A DNA stretch of 64,000 nucleotides from Takakia lepidozioides (taxonomy: Eukaryota > Plantae > Bryophyta), in assembly GCA_030704615.1 (NCBI GenBank), contig CM060733.1:76322001-76386000 (forward strand). Direction: 5' to 3'. The translations under genes and the position numbers were made by a program. Under the pieces are notes generated by a model. The model did no database searches and was not told the origin of the DNA. It saw nothing but the letters and a program-made list of their open reading frames with translations. Each line of letters opens with the position of its first letter. Position 1 is the first letter of the stretch. Positions 1-11,474 of the stretch are shown piece by piece.

Positions 1-3000
1 GAAGAGAGTAATGGACAGACAGGATAGTTGGATACTAGCACACTGAACTCACATGACGTTCCTGGTGGGAGTACAGGTAGACACCATTGGCAAGTGGGAG
101 CTGTGTACAGACAATATCATTTTCTATCATGATTCTGGTAGTATGGTACCTATTCACCGAGAGCTTACCACGAGCGGGTATCGTGCTCTTATTTATAGGT
201 ATCTATTTCTGTGTGCATCCACACATCTTAATCCATTGGAAGCCCATTGCAGTGGAGAGTGAGGGTACCATTATACTGGGATTGTCGAAGAACGTGTGGA
301 AGAACTTGTATGTCACTATTGTAAAGCTTGTGCTGCCCTACAACAGATACAGTAAAGGATCGATTGAGAAATTCAGGCAAGAGGTGATGAGCAATTGGTG
401 ATCTGTGTACTTCAATGTGCAGTGGAGATCATGATATGTGTGTGCCATACACGGGATCAGAGGCATGGACGCGCTCGATAGGCTACAATGTCACCTCCAA
501 TTGGCGTCCTTGGTTTTTGGGCAAGCAAGTTGCAGGGTAATCTCCTTGGTGCCAATATCCCAGAGTAGCATTCTTGTAACAAACATTTGACTGTGTAGAG
601 CAGTAATCTGAGGATCTTGTGGCCCAAAACTATGAGGTTTTGTAGGAAGCCAGGTTTGAGGGGACTGAATACATCTGCATGTCAGCGGTCAAGTATTCCT
701 GCAGCTCACTAGGTTAGCATCATGTGTGGTAGTTAGCTTGCTTTTGGAACATGTTGTCCTGGTGCTAACAATTTGTGGGTGGCACTTCCAATGGCTATGC
801 AGGTTTACTGTAGGATACGCCAACAACCTCACATTTGCAACCATAAAGGTAGAGCTCCTGCTGGATTCTTCCCACACAGATTGCATATATATTGTTTTGG
901 GGAGATTTATGAATGTTGAACAGTTTTGCTACTCATTAGATAGGAAGTAGCACATAAGCTTACTAGTACCCCATGTATGAAAGATAGCAGTTGATGTGCC
1001 TTTTAGAGAAAAGGGGAAAACATATACAAGTCCACCTGTCTTTAGGGTAACGCGTACTTTCGTGTTTGAGTAATGAGTTCAGGACCATGTGATTGCGGCA
1101 CTCGTCACGGATCTACTGCTAATGGAAGAATTTTTTGGCAGGGGTCTGGCCACACAGTGCCAGAGTACAAACCTGAGGAAGCTCTCACATTCTTCACACG
1201 ATGGCTTGCGAATCAGCCTTTATAATTTATTGGCTGCAAGCCTTCTTGGTAGGCGGCAGGAGTGGGGAACAGAGACCAACTGTGTACATTGAAGTCGCCA
1301 TTATCTTTTCACAATGCTAATTGGCACTATTATTTAGCTTATAAGTGGACGTTTCTGATCAGTGATTTGAAATAGCAATGAGTGAATCTGGCAAATGGCT
1401 CTTGCAGCTTTCACCTTAATCTCTACTTTTCCCTTGTTGTGGTGAAGGAAACTCTGTTCTTCCTTTCTCTCATTTGTCAGATCTGTTTCTAGCTAGAGCA
1501 CTACAGCACTAACCTCATACTCTTCAGTATGAGGCCAGTGCCCATGTAACCGAATTGCTGTTGGCTGTGCTGGAGTCCTATGGCTGGTCGCCAAAATCCC
1601 TGACCCATCAAGTCGCATATCTCTTTCTCTATCATTCACTTTCAGTTGTTCTCCTCAGTGTGTCCCTGGCCTTTGGGTATCCTGTGTATGCATATTACTT
1701 TTTCCTCCTTCTCCCTACTCTCTAGGAGTCCTTCGAAAGAGGTCAGTTGGCTTAGGTGAAGGGCCTGATTAGCCAGCATGCCCTTCCTGGTATATGCATT
1801 CCTTTGTGCTAGCATGATTAAGATGTAGAAAAAGAATTTCCACACCTTTGCTTCTATGTTTCTGGGTGCTAATGAATGGGGTGACACTGCTCAAAAGAGG
1901 AATAACTTCTTCAGTCCTGAACTTCCAAGAGAGAAGGGGATGGGTATGAAGTTTCCAAAGTGGACTTGAAAACAAGGCTGCCATGAGTGGGATATCCCAT
2001 GGGAAGTTCAACCCAGCAGCCTCGAGGCTCGGACTAACTTACAGCGGGGGGAATCTGTAAGGCCCTGGAGAGTAAAGAGAGAGTAGATTCTCACAATACA
2101 AAACTGCAGGAGAACAATCTAGATCTTTCCCTCCACAGTCTGAAAGTGGACAAAACTAGGTGGTTTTATATATGAAACGTGTAAATTGCATAGGACATGC
2201 GTTAACTGCACTCTCACATTTGGGAAGTCTTGGTCCATTAATTGTTGCTGGCTGGGTCCTCGCAGAAAATAAATGTTTTGAGGCCTTGTTATTCCATTCT
2301 TGAACCCAAATATGGGCATTTAGTGCGCAATTTGTTTGTGTAAGCCATAAAACTGATTTTGTGGCCATGTACCTGACCATGGTCGGGAGACCGTGGACCC
2401 AAGGTGAGCCAACCAAGCTCTAACCGTCACGTGTTGGCTCTCTACTCAACCTAGTTTTCTGTTGATGAGGCAGCTACGGGAGTTGCTCAAGGATTGCAGA
2501 GCAGATAGCAAGAAAAACGAGGAGGATGAGGTAGACAAGGAAATCACTCAGCACATGTGGCTTGTAAGACAGCGAGAAAAAAAACGCGTTTGCTACCGTC
2601 TGTGTGTCAGGGAGCAAGATACAGCATCGTGGTTTATCACTGCAGCCATCCATTTCGAACCATGGTTCAAGCAACTGTACATTGATAATCCGTTCTTCTT
2701 AAAGCCTCTTCTAGTTGCTGGAATGCATAGTAGACCATAGTATCTGGCTGTTCTTATCTGCTTGGCATTTGCTGCTTCGGCTTTAACTCTCTTGCAACAT
2801 TTGCTTGCCCTGTCTCCAAGCTCTCCAATCTGTTGCTCTCTTTCTCCTCCGCTTCAAATTCTATGATGGATCTTGCAACTAGTACTACATATGCTCATAC
2901 CAAAAGGTGAAATGGTCCAGATAATTCTCCAACATTGAGCAGGCTGGCATCCATGCACTCCTTCTTTCTAACATCTGCAAATATGAAAACCATGCACTCA

Positions 3001-3544
3001 GTTGCAAATTTTGAGCTTCCATCGTTGATCCTCGAGGTTGGTGATGGAAATGATCAGCACTCATGCTCAGATTATGGGGCAAAATTTGCGAAGTGGCAAT
3101 AATATCAGGTACCTGCAACAACACTTGCCATTCAAGTCTCTCCTTCTTCCCTAACTCTCAAAGTCGGTCAAAGTATAAGTGTTTCCCTTCCTTTTCTTTT
3201 CTTTTCTTTTCTTTTCTTCGGAGAAGCCTGGGGACAGCGCCTTTTTTTTTCTTTTTTCTTTTTTATTTCCCTTTGTTTTTTAAAAAGATGAACAGGGGAT
3301 AGGGCCCTGGATGAGACAGCGCCCTAAATTGATTGAAAGGAGGAAAAGATAACCCCAAAAAAACCTTTTCACTATTTTTCATTCATTTTATTTATTTATT
3401 TATTTCAATTACCAATTGACTTCAGCCTTCTTAGAAAGTGAATATATCCAACATCGGTTTCATGGCGCTTAACAGGGTTTTAATTTTTTTCCCTCTAAAT
3501 AACTTATAATAAAAATACCCCATAGCTACTACCCTTGTTATCTT

Positions 3545-3594
3545 TATATATATATAGATATATACGTTAATATATATATATATAGATATATACG

Positions 3595-3663
<69 letters not shown>
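3545..3663. repeat. (TA)n microsatellite
   Basis: Long TA dinucleotide run with two interrupting GATATATACGTTAA units. Confidence 0.95.
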
Positions 3664-3666
<3 letters not shown>

Positions 3667-4805
3667 GTTTGTAGTAAGTTATGAGACATTGCAATCCGTC
3701 AATTGGGATTTTTTTTGTTTTAATTGGGAGTTTTTATTATTAGCAGCAAGTTGATTAGAAGAAATATTTTATTTTAGACAGATCTTTTCAACTTAGTCCC
3801 TTGTTTTAATCTAACAGAGAGGAATTCGTTGTGCAAATTTTATTTTTCTTTTTTCTTTGAGAACAGGGGGATTGTAGCCCTGTAAACATTTATTAATTGG
3901 TAAGGAAAAAATAACCTTACAAGGAGCAATCTTTAACATTCTTACATTTAAGTGTTGGTACCTGAAGACCGGTCGGTTTTGCGACAATGAATTATTTGTT
4001 GCCACATATCTATGTAACATCACACAAGCTAACTTGGATATTGTGAAAGATATTGAGCATAATATGGGGCTCATTTTTACGGTAAATCCTTCTATCATTT
4101 AAAATTATTTTAACATAATATTACCCATAATTTATCCTGTAAGAATTATTACAATATACATATCACCATATCTAAAGTAATGCCATGTTTTTCTATGTCT
4201 CTAGCCCTTCTAACTTGGGCCAAATCTTTGTAACAGTCAAGATTAAAAATCTTCATCAAACTCATAAGATAGGTTTATATTTAATATTCCTTATGCCCAC
4301 TGTCCAATTATATTTGGTGAGAAAGAGAGTGTCCATACGTCATTAGCTTCATGTTGTTCTTAGTGCTCCTAGTTGCCTTTTTCTCTTTTAAAACAATCAT
4401 ATTTGAATACATAGACATTTACAAAACCTTCTCAATCGATCAATAATATACTAAAAATTACCTAAATAGTTATGTTATAAAGATTCGTTTATTGTAGATT
4501 AAAGATAAAAAAAATACTTATATTAATGATAATCCAAGAAGAATTATTAAAATACTTTATTTTTAAACATGTGAGACTTTGTTTCTTCGTTGACGTGCAT
4601 GTCACATTAAAAAACCTTACCTTCATCAAGTACCACATATTATTTGTTCTAGGGAGTCATTTTTTTGTTTTTATTTATTTATTTATTCCTTAATAGGGAG
4701 TCCTCTAAGCTCATTATATATCCAAATGCTAAATTTCCCTTTTTATTTAATATATATATATCCTGAAGACGAGTACAGCAGGTTAGGAGTTGATAGTGAA
4801 AGAGC

Positions 4806-6236
4806 ATGGACTTGGAAGGCGAAGCAAGCAATCAAGCACGCCGTGACCAACCTCGTCACCATTCCCGCTCTGTGTCCTGGACAAAGAGCCGCGGTTTCTT
4901 GGATGATCGATCTCTATGTTGTGGCAAAAGCGCGCTTGACAATTCACCTCATCCCCACCTTGATACTAAAGAGCTACAATCTCTCGAAATTGATGTTATG
5001 CCCACAGTATATGTATCAAACGCAGAAGGATCTGGACAAAGTCAAGTGCAGACTCTTTGTTCTCCCTTGCAATCGTTGTCTGTATCCAAAAGTGGATGTG
5101 GTGAGCTCAGTGCTACATCATTAACAAAACAAGGGAGAATGATGCGGAATGGGATGGAAATACAAGTGGATTTCGGTGCAATGGAAGAGGATTATTACAA
5201 TGACAACGACGGGGAGGATAGTGAAGAACAACATTACAAGATGATACAGTGTGATAAAGAATGTTCTCGTATCTTAACACATATGTATTTTGGAGGCAAC
5301 ACAGTAGCCCAAAATTATGATATTCTTCGTGCTTGCAGAATCACTCACATCCTCAACTGTGTGGGTTTTATTTGTCTTGAATATTTTCCCAACGATTTTC
5401 ACTACAAAACACTATGGCTACAAGACAATCCAAACGAGGATATCATCTGTATTCTTTACAACGTGTTTGACTACTTCGAAGATGTACGAGAGCAAGGAGG
5501 TCGTGTGTTTGTACATTGTATTCAAGGTATATCTCGATCTGCATCTTTAGTTATTGCATATATTATGTGGCGAGATGGTCATACATTTGAAGAAGCATTT
5601 GAACGCGTGAAACAAGTCCGCAGTGTGACTAATCCCAACATGGGTTTTGTAATTCAACTACTGCAATGGCAAACACGAATTTTGGAGTCCTCCAATCGAT
5701 TCTCTTTATACATATATCGCATGACTTCTCATTCTGCATTTGATCCTTTACACCTTGTTCCAAAAAGTATTAATAATCCTAGCCTTGGAGCTCTAGATTC
5801 AAGGGGAGCGTTTGTTTTGCAACTAGTAAATGAACTATATGTCTGGAGGGGCAAGTCATGCGATGCAAGCATGGCTGCAGCTGCAGATCGTTTTGCTTTT
5901 CAGCTGGTTCACTATGAACATGCTCATGGCCCGATTATGTGTGTGCAAGAGGGCAATGAACCACGTCGGTTCTATGATGCTTTCTATAATGCTTTGTGCC
6001 AGTACCAAGAAGGAAATCCACTGGATCATGGAAGCTTCACTCATCTTGATCGTGGGAAGAACACCCTTTGTGAGATGGAATGCTTCAATGATTCCTACAC
6101 CCCTGACTATGAAAATTTTCAGCAAGCCCAACATGGAGTCGTAGTGCTTCCTCCTATGCTCAGTGTGAATCAGTTGCCTCCAAGGGATGGCAACTGGGGT
6201 TTGTCACGTCGCGGTAAAAACAAATGTGAGAGCTAA
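4806..6236 (+). CDS. MKP1: MAP kinase phosphatase 1-like dual-specificity phosphatase with gelsolin-like domain (single exon, 476 aa)
   Basis: DSP catalytic loop VHCIQGISRS; blocks typical of plant MKP1 (DKECS, ITHILNCVGF, LWLQD, VFDYFEDVREQGGRVFVHC, PNMGF, FDPLHLVPK, LDSRGAF..YVW.G). Confidence 0.93.
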   Translation: MDLEGEASNQARRDQPRHHSRSVSWTKSRGFLDDRSLCCGKSALDNSPHPHLDTKELQSLEIDVMPTVYVSNAEGSGQSQVQTLCSPLQSLSVSKSGCGELSATSLTKQGRMMRNGMEIQVDFGAMEEDYYNDNDGEDSEEQHYKMIQCDKECSRILTHMYFGGNTVAQNYDILRACRITHILNCVGFICLEYFPNDFHYKTLWLQDNPNEDIICILYNVFDYFEDVREQGGRVFVHCIQGISRSASLVIAYIMWRDGHTFEEAFERVKQVRSVTNPNMGFVIQLLQWQTRILESSNRFSLYIYRMTSHSAFDPLHLVPKSINNPSLGALDSRGAFVLQLVNELYVWRGKSCDASMAAAADRFAFQLVHYEHAHGPIMCVQEGNEPRRFYDAFYNALCQYQEGNPLDHGSFTHLDRGKNTLCEMECFNDSYTPDYENFQQAQHGVVVLPPMLSVNQLPPRDGNWGLSRRGKNKCES

Positions 6237-6797
6237 TATTCAGAAATGAGAAGAGAATTTTAAAATGTGATATCATATTTTTTATTTTTTACTTTTTATC
6301 ATATTACTTTGACAAACTGCATCATTCATGTGGATTTTTATTTTATTTTTTAGGCTCATTAATACACATAATTTTTTTAAATTGTAGCTATTTAAACATG
6401 TTGTTAGTACTCTTTGCTCATCCCCATGTACATTATTTTTAATATCTTTAGGTTTGGAACATTTTAATGTTTGGAATTTGTTTGTTCACAAATGCTTTCA
6501 AATATTGATATTCTAATATATCAATAGCATTGTTCTCTCTGGAAATTTACTCTATTAATCTAGTCCTTGTTTGGCCATATTTGTTGTATTTCACAGACTC
6601 AATGATCATGCAATTTAGTTATTATTTTATTGACCAATTTAGATGTGTTTATAGATAATCAGTTCCATTGAACTGTTTTTTATTTCACTGGTGTCTGGCT
6701 TATTTATTTCATACAATTTTTCACTTGATATATATTTTTAAATTGTATATTGAAAAAACGGTACCATGCCACGGTAAGCAAAGTAATAATTCAAATA

Positions 6798-6956
6798 AAG
6801 ATAAGATAAAGTTTCTTTAACGTCCAGTGAATTTACAGAGCTTACCACTCAACACACAGGCCATCGAGGGCCCAATGGACGGTCTGAAGGCACATGTTGA
6901 AGGATTGAACCCAGGATCACCTAGGTTATGCACAGGCAAGGCACAAACACCCAACC
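6798..6956 (-). mobile_element. 3' end fragment of the L1-like LINE family also seen at 49030-50292
   Basis: Reverse complement of about 50138-50299 (..CAACACACAGGCCATCG..GGGCCCAATGGACGGTCTGAAGGCACATGTTG..) including the (TTTATC)n tail. Confidence 0.8.
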
Positions 6957-8054
6957 TCTTGGCTACATGCTCAAATAGAAAAATAACCTTTGCTCCATCA
7001 CAAGGCTCATGTGACCCTATGGAGTTGGCACCATCTCCCTTATATTCTCAGCTTGTTGTCATAGTTGGACTCTATCAAAAAGGAGTTTGGCAAATTCAAA
7101 CCCAAAAGGAGGCCAAAGGAAAAATACCCCCTCAACAGAAAGTCTACAGTCTAAGGGGAATCTAAGGGACAAGAGCCTATATCTGAAGTGGCAGAAACCA
7201 CCCTAGTTCAGTTGAGAAAGACAGGATGGAAACAAATGGCTCCCCTGACAAGCTCCTCACCTTGCTCCCCCTATCTCCCATGTTTCAGGTCTTGCTCCCC
7301 TCCTCGTCATGGCCCAGGGACCATGAGCGAGAATGCGCGACCATGAACGGGAACACACGACCATGATGGGTAACGTGTATGGAATACTATGGCAAGTGAT
7401 AAAAGAGGCCTAGGAGTTGAATGTTGCCTCAGCGGGCCTGCCTGCATGGCCCCACCCCCGCCCTCCGCCTCACCTCCCCTCATGGCAGCGTGTAGATGCC
7501 TAAACGGGTACAATTTTATTTTCGGATCGTTTTTTATCCTTAGCCAGGCAGTTTCGGCATTGTACTGCCCAATTTTCACAAGTTGTTAGTTATTTGGGAA
7601 CCACTGGTGAAGCACTTAGGAATTAGATTAAGTCTGAGACGAGCATCGAGTGGCACTCTAGTGTCAAAACGACAGTAGAAAAGTTGCAAAGATAGCATAG
7701 TAGGCTACCAATTCGGTACAACTAGCAGCAACTTGGAATTGTTTAAAATGTATGAGGGTGACTATAAGAACGGGTTGCGATCTGTCTTTTCTCCCCCTTC
7801 ACTTATCTAGTAGGTCCACACGGTGACAGCACTCGGCCAGCAAATTATAATTATGAATTGTATAACAATGAAGTATCCCGACAATAGTCGGACGTTGCAT
7901 TGGAACAACGGCAGAACGGACGACTTCGGAGCGGAGCGTGGCCCACTGGAATACCTCGACTCCCCACTCACGGATGCCAAACCTGCCCCAACACCACCCG
8001 CCATCAAACACCCCCACAAAATTCGTCGTGCTTCTCATCCATACGACGGTGACT

Positions 8055-10556
8055 CACTACAGCAAATGGGGTGGGGGGGGGGAGGGGGGGGAGGATTGCG
8101 ACGCCAGCCGCGCCCCCATGTCCCGCGCGGCGCTGAGCGTGCGAGCGGCACCAACCCCGCGGCGCCTTTTTGCGACACCGGGCGTCGCAAACAGACCCCG
8201 CGGGTTGCCACCTAGCGCCGGGGCCAGGCGACGACGCCCAGCCGTCGCACGGGCGCATGAAGGACAGAAGGCAGCCCTTTCGTGCGACGCCCAAGCGTCG
8301 CCCCCCAACGCCGGGGCCAGTCTTGGATGCAAGGTGGCATGAAAGGCGATAAGGCACCCCTTTCTGGCGACGGCAGGCCACCGCAAGCGGAAAAATGCAG
8401 CCATTTCTTGCCCTTTCTTTCATCGTAGCCCTTGCTTACGACGGCAGGCCACCGCAAGCGGAAAATGCAGCCATTTCTTGCCCTTTCTTTCATCACAGCC
8501 CTTGCTTACGACGCCAGGCCGTCGCACAAGTGGCATAAAGGGCAAAAAGCCCCACAACGGCCGGACGTCGAAAACAGGGGCTGTTTTTTTTAATCAAAAA
8601 AAAAATGTCGCATCCTACGATGGCAGGCCGTCGCGCTTGCGACCCCGGGCCTCACAAACCCAAAAAAATGCTTCGCAGTTTTGTGACGCGTTGGTGTCGC
8701 AGGCAGTGACGACAGGGCTTTGTAGGTTTAGGTTTAGGGCCTTTTTGGGGTTCTTTGTTTTTTTTTTAAAATATTATATTTATTTTATTTTATTTCATAT
8801 GGTACTGGAGAGAGTAGGGTGTTTCTTTTCTTTATGGTGTAATTTGTTGTTGTGGACTTCTTATAGATTGTGACATGCATTTTGATAATTCTCTTGACAC
8901 CACATCTATATGTGTTGTTCCAACATATTAATTGCCTCTGCCTTCTTTCTTGAAAGACTACCAGCCACAGCCATATTTGATCAATCATAGAAATAAGCTA
9001 CAATATGCATGTAAATGTACATCAATCAAAGGGGATGGGTACAGTTCGGTGCGAGAATTATTATGTAGCTTTGATTATGTGTCTAATCAAACTTGAACAT
9101 CATCATCCGGAGCTTCTTCATCATCATCAAGCTGCAAGTCTTCTTAGTCATCGGAAGTCATGGTCATAAATCATGGTCCGGCCCTCAAAAGGCACCTCCA
9201 AATCATCCTCCACCTCGTTGTCAATGGCGTGTCTTCATCTCCTTGTCCACATCCGTATTTTTGGAGCTTCATCATATATGGTCCGGGATGCATCCGGGGC
9301 GTCATCATCCTCTTCTACCCCCTCTACCCAACTCATCCACATCAGCATCATTTGACCAGTCTCTCTCCTCCACCGCAATTGCCTCACCCCATTGTAAATC
9401 CGAAACCATGATAGATACGTCTTTATCTTGACTGAGCATGCACAACCACCTTCCAATTTCTCCTCTTGTTTGTTTTGTCATCGGAGAAGAAAACTTACTT
9501 CATGTCTGAAAGCCATGAAAACATGCTCATCGGGAGGGACGATGAATAGGGTTGAGCCTATCTGCATTGACGCGCATGAAACCACAATCATTTTGCACTA
9601 GTGTGCGGAGGGCCCCACAAGATGGGGCGGAACCACCTTCCCTTGAAGAGACACTACAACAAATTGAGGGGTTGCGACGCCAGCTGTTGCCCCCACGCCC
9701 CGCACGACACTGAGCCCGCGACGCCGAACCCCCGCTGCGATACTATTGCGACGCCCAGCCATCGTAAGGTGGTATGAAGGGAAAGATGACACCGTTGCGA
9801 CGGATTTTTTTCTTGCAACGCCCAGGCATCGATAATCCAAAAAAAAAAAAAAAAAACGTTGCAACTCCTCGGCATCGCAATAACGTCACTAAGGGTGCCC
9901 CAGTGCCTCTACGACGCCAGGGCGTCGCAACAGCATCACCACAGTAGGAGTTTTTATTTTTTTTTTTGGGCTTTGCGGCCTTCAACTTCACCAAAGCGTC
10001 GCTGGGGGCGCCCCGCGCTGGGACGCCCAGCGTTGCGACGTCAGGGGGTCACAACGACGTCGCCACGGGGGTCACAATGGTGTTGTGGTCAGCTTAGGTC
10101 ATCACAATGACGTCGTTTGGGACCTCTGGCGGTGGGGGTACAACAACGGCGATGACGTTGGGGCGGGGCTGGGGCTGGGCACTAAGGCTGTGGAGGTTGC
10201 AACTCCGGCATCACAAGAGAGACCCTCTTAGAATGAACTGAAATCTATATATATTATATATAATATATATATTACTTTTGTGATACATAGATGTAGCGTA
10301 GGTGTGTTGGTTAGTTTGTAGTGTCTTAGAAATGTTATAACGTGGAGGTCTTAGGTTCAAGTATGCATTGCATGATAATGTAGAACAATGAACATATCGC
10401 CATTAGACAAAACCGGAGTCAATGGTCAACAAGTTTTTAAAATTCAAATTTCAGATTTAAATTTTCCTACCTAAATTCAAATGTACCCCTTAAATTGTGA
10501 CGTCCAAGCGTCACACTTTGCGACCCCTGGACGGTGCTAATTTTGCATTGCAGAAT

Positions 10557-10600
<44 letters not shown>

Positions 10601-10974
10601 CGATGCCCGGGCATCGCAAATCGCAGTTTCGCCTATTTGCGACCCTATTGGTCACAAATTTGCGACGTTTTTTTGGCGACGGGCTTGCGACGGCCAGGCG
10701 TCGCAAATTTGGTTCTTCTCTCCTGCCCGAGAAGGGCTGTTTTACAACACCGCGGCGTGGCTGCGGCCGTGGCCGCGACATCGAAAACCCCCTCTTTTTC
10801 ATATAGTGAGAAGAGGCTGGTACTTTGTATACTGAAGTTGGAGTATGCTCTCAAGCTCTCCAATGTACTCAAGTTTGCTCGTAGCAGGTCGTGTATCTCC
10901 CTTGCCTTACACGGAGTTTTGCCAATATGTGGCACACAAGCCAGAATCAAAGGTTGTTTTGCGCTTCATGTCAA
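8055..10974 (-). mobile_element. CACTA/EnSpm transposon: terminus, subterminal repeats and decayed transposase C-terminus (DUF4216-like), cut by the gap
   Basis: CACTAC terminus at 8055 followed by TGCGAC/GTCGCA subterminal repeats to about 8710. After removing the nested element, the minus strand reads EYIGELESILQLQY..LLFKGRWF..DCGFMRVN..FFSDD..NWKVVV. Confidence 0.75.
9652..10808. mobile_element. Non-autonomous CACTA element nested in the CACTA transposase
   Basis: CACTA (9652) to TAGTG (10808) termini; 3-bp TSD AGA (9649-9651, 10809-10811); TGCGAC subterminal repeats at both ends; removal restores the host frame QPLLFKGR. Confidence 0.88.
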
Positions 10975-11474
10975 NNNNNNNNNNNNNNNNNNNNNNNNNN
11001 NNNNNNNNNNNNNNNNNNNNNNNNNNNNNNNNNNNNNNNNNNNNNNNNNNNNNNNNNNNNNNNNNNNNNNNNNNNNNNNNNNNNNNNNNNNNNNNNNNNN
11101 NNNNNNNNNNNNNNNNNNNNNNNNNNNNNNNNNNNNNNNNNNNNNNNNNNNNNNNNNNNNNNNNNNNNNNNNNNNNNNNNNNNNNNNNNNNNNNNNNNNN
11201 NNNNNNNNNNNNNNNNNNNNNNNNNNNNNNNNNNNNNNNNNNNNNNNNNNNNNNNNNNNNNNNNNNNNNNNNNNNNNNNNNNNNNNNNNNNNNNNNNNNN
11301 NNNNNNNNNNNNNNNNNNNNNNNNNNNNNNNNNNNNNNNNNNNNNNNNNNNNNNNNNNNNNNNNNNNNNNNNNNNNNNNNNNNNNNNNNNNNNNNNNNNN
11401 NNNNNNNNNNNNNNNNNNNNNNNNNNNNNNNNNNNNNNNNNNNNNNNNNNNNNNNNNNNNNNNNNNNNNNNNNN
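10975..11474. other. Assembly gap (500 N)
   Basis: Exactly 500 Ns; the flanks may not be contiguous. Confidence 1.

Noticed and set aside
1-3130. Coding-like decayed minus-strand sequence
   Set aside because: Many stops and no motif I can assign, so it is left uncalled.
8055-9603. CACTA element closing at TAGTG 9599-9603
   Set aside because: No TSD or subterminal repeats, and the site lies within the transposase frame.
10305-10375. tRNA or SINE-like B box (GGTTCAAGT)
   Set aside because: Too degenerate, with no cloverleaf or TSD.
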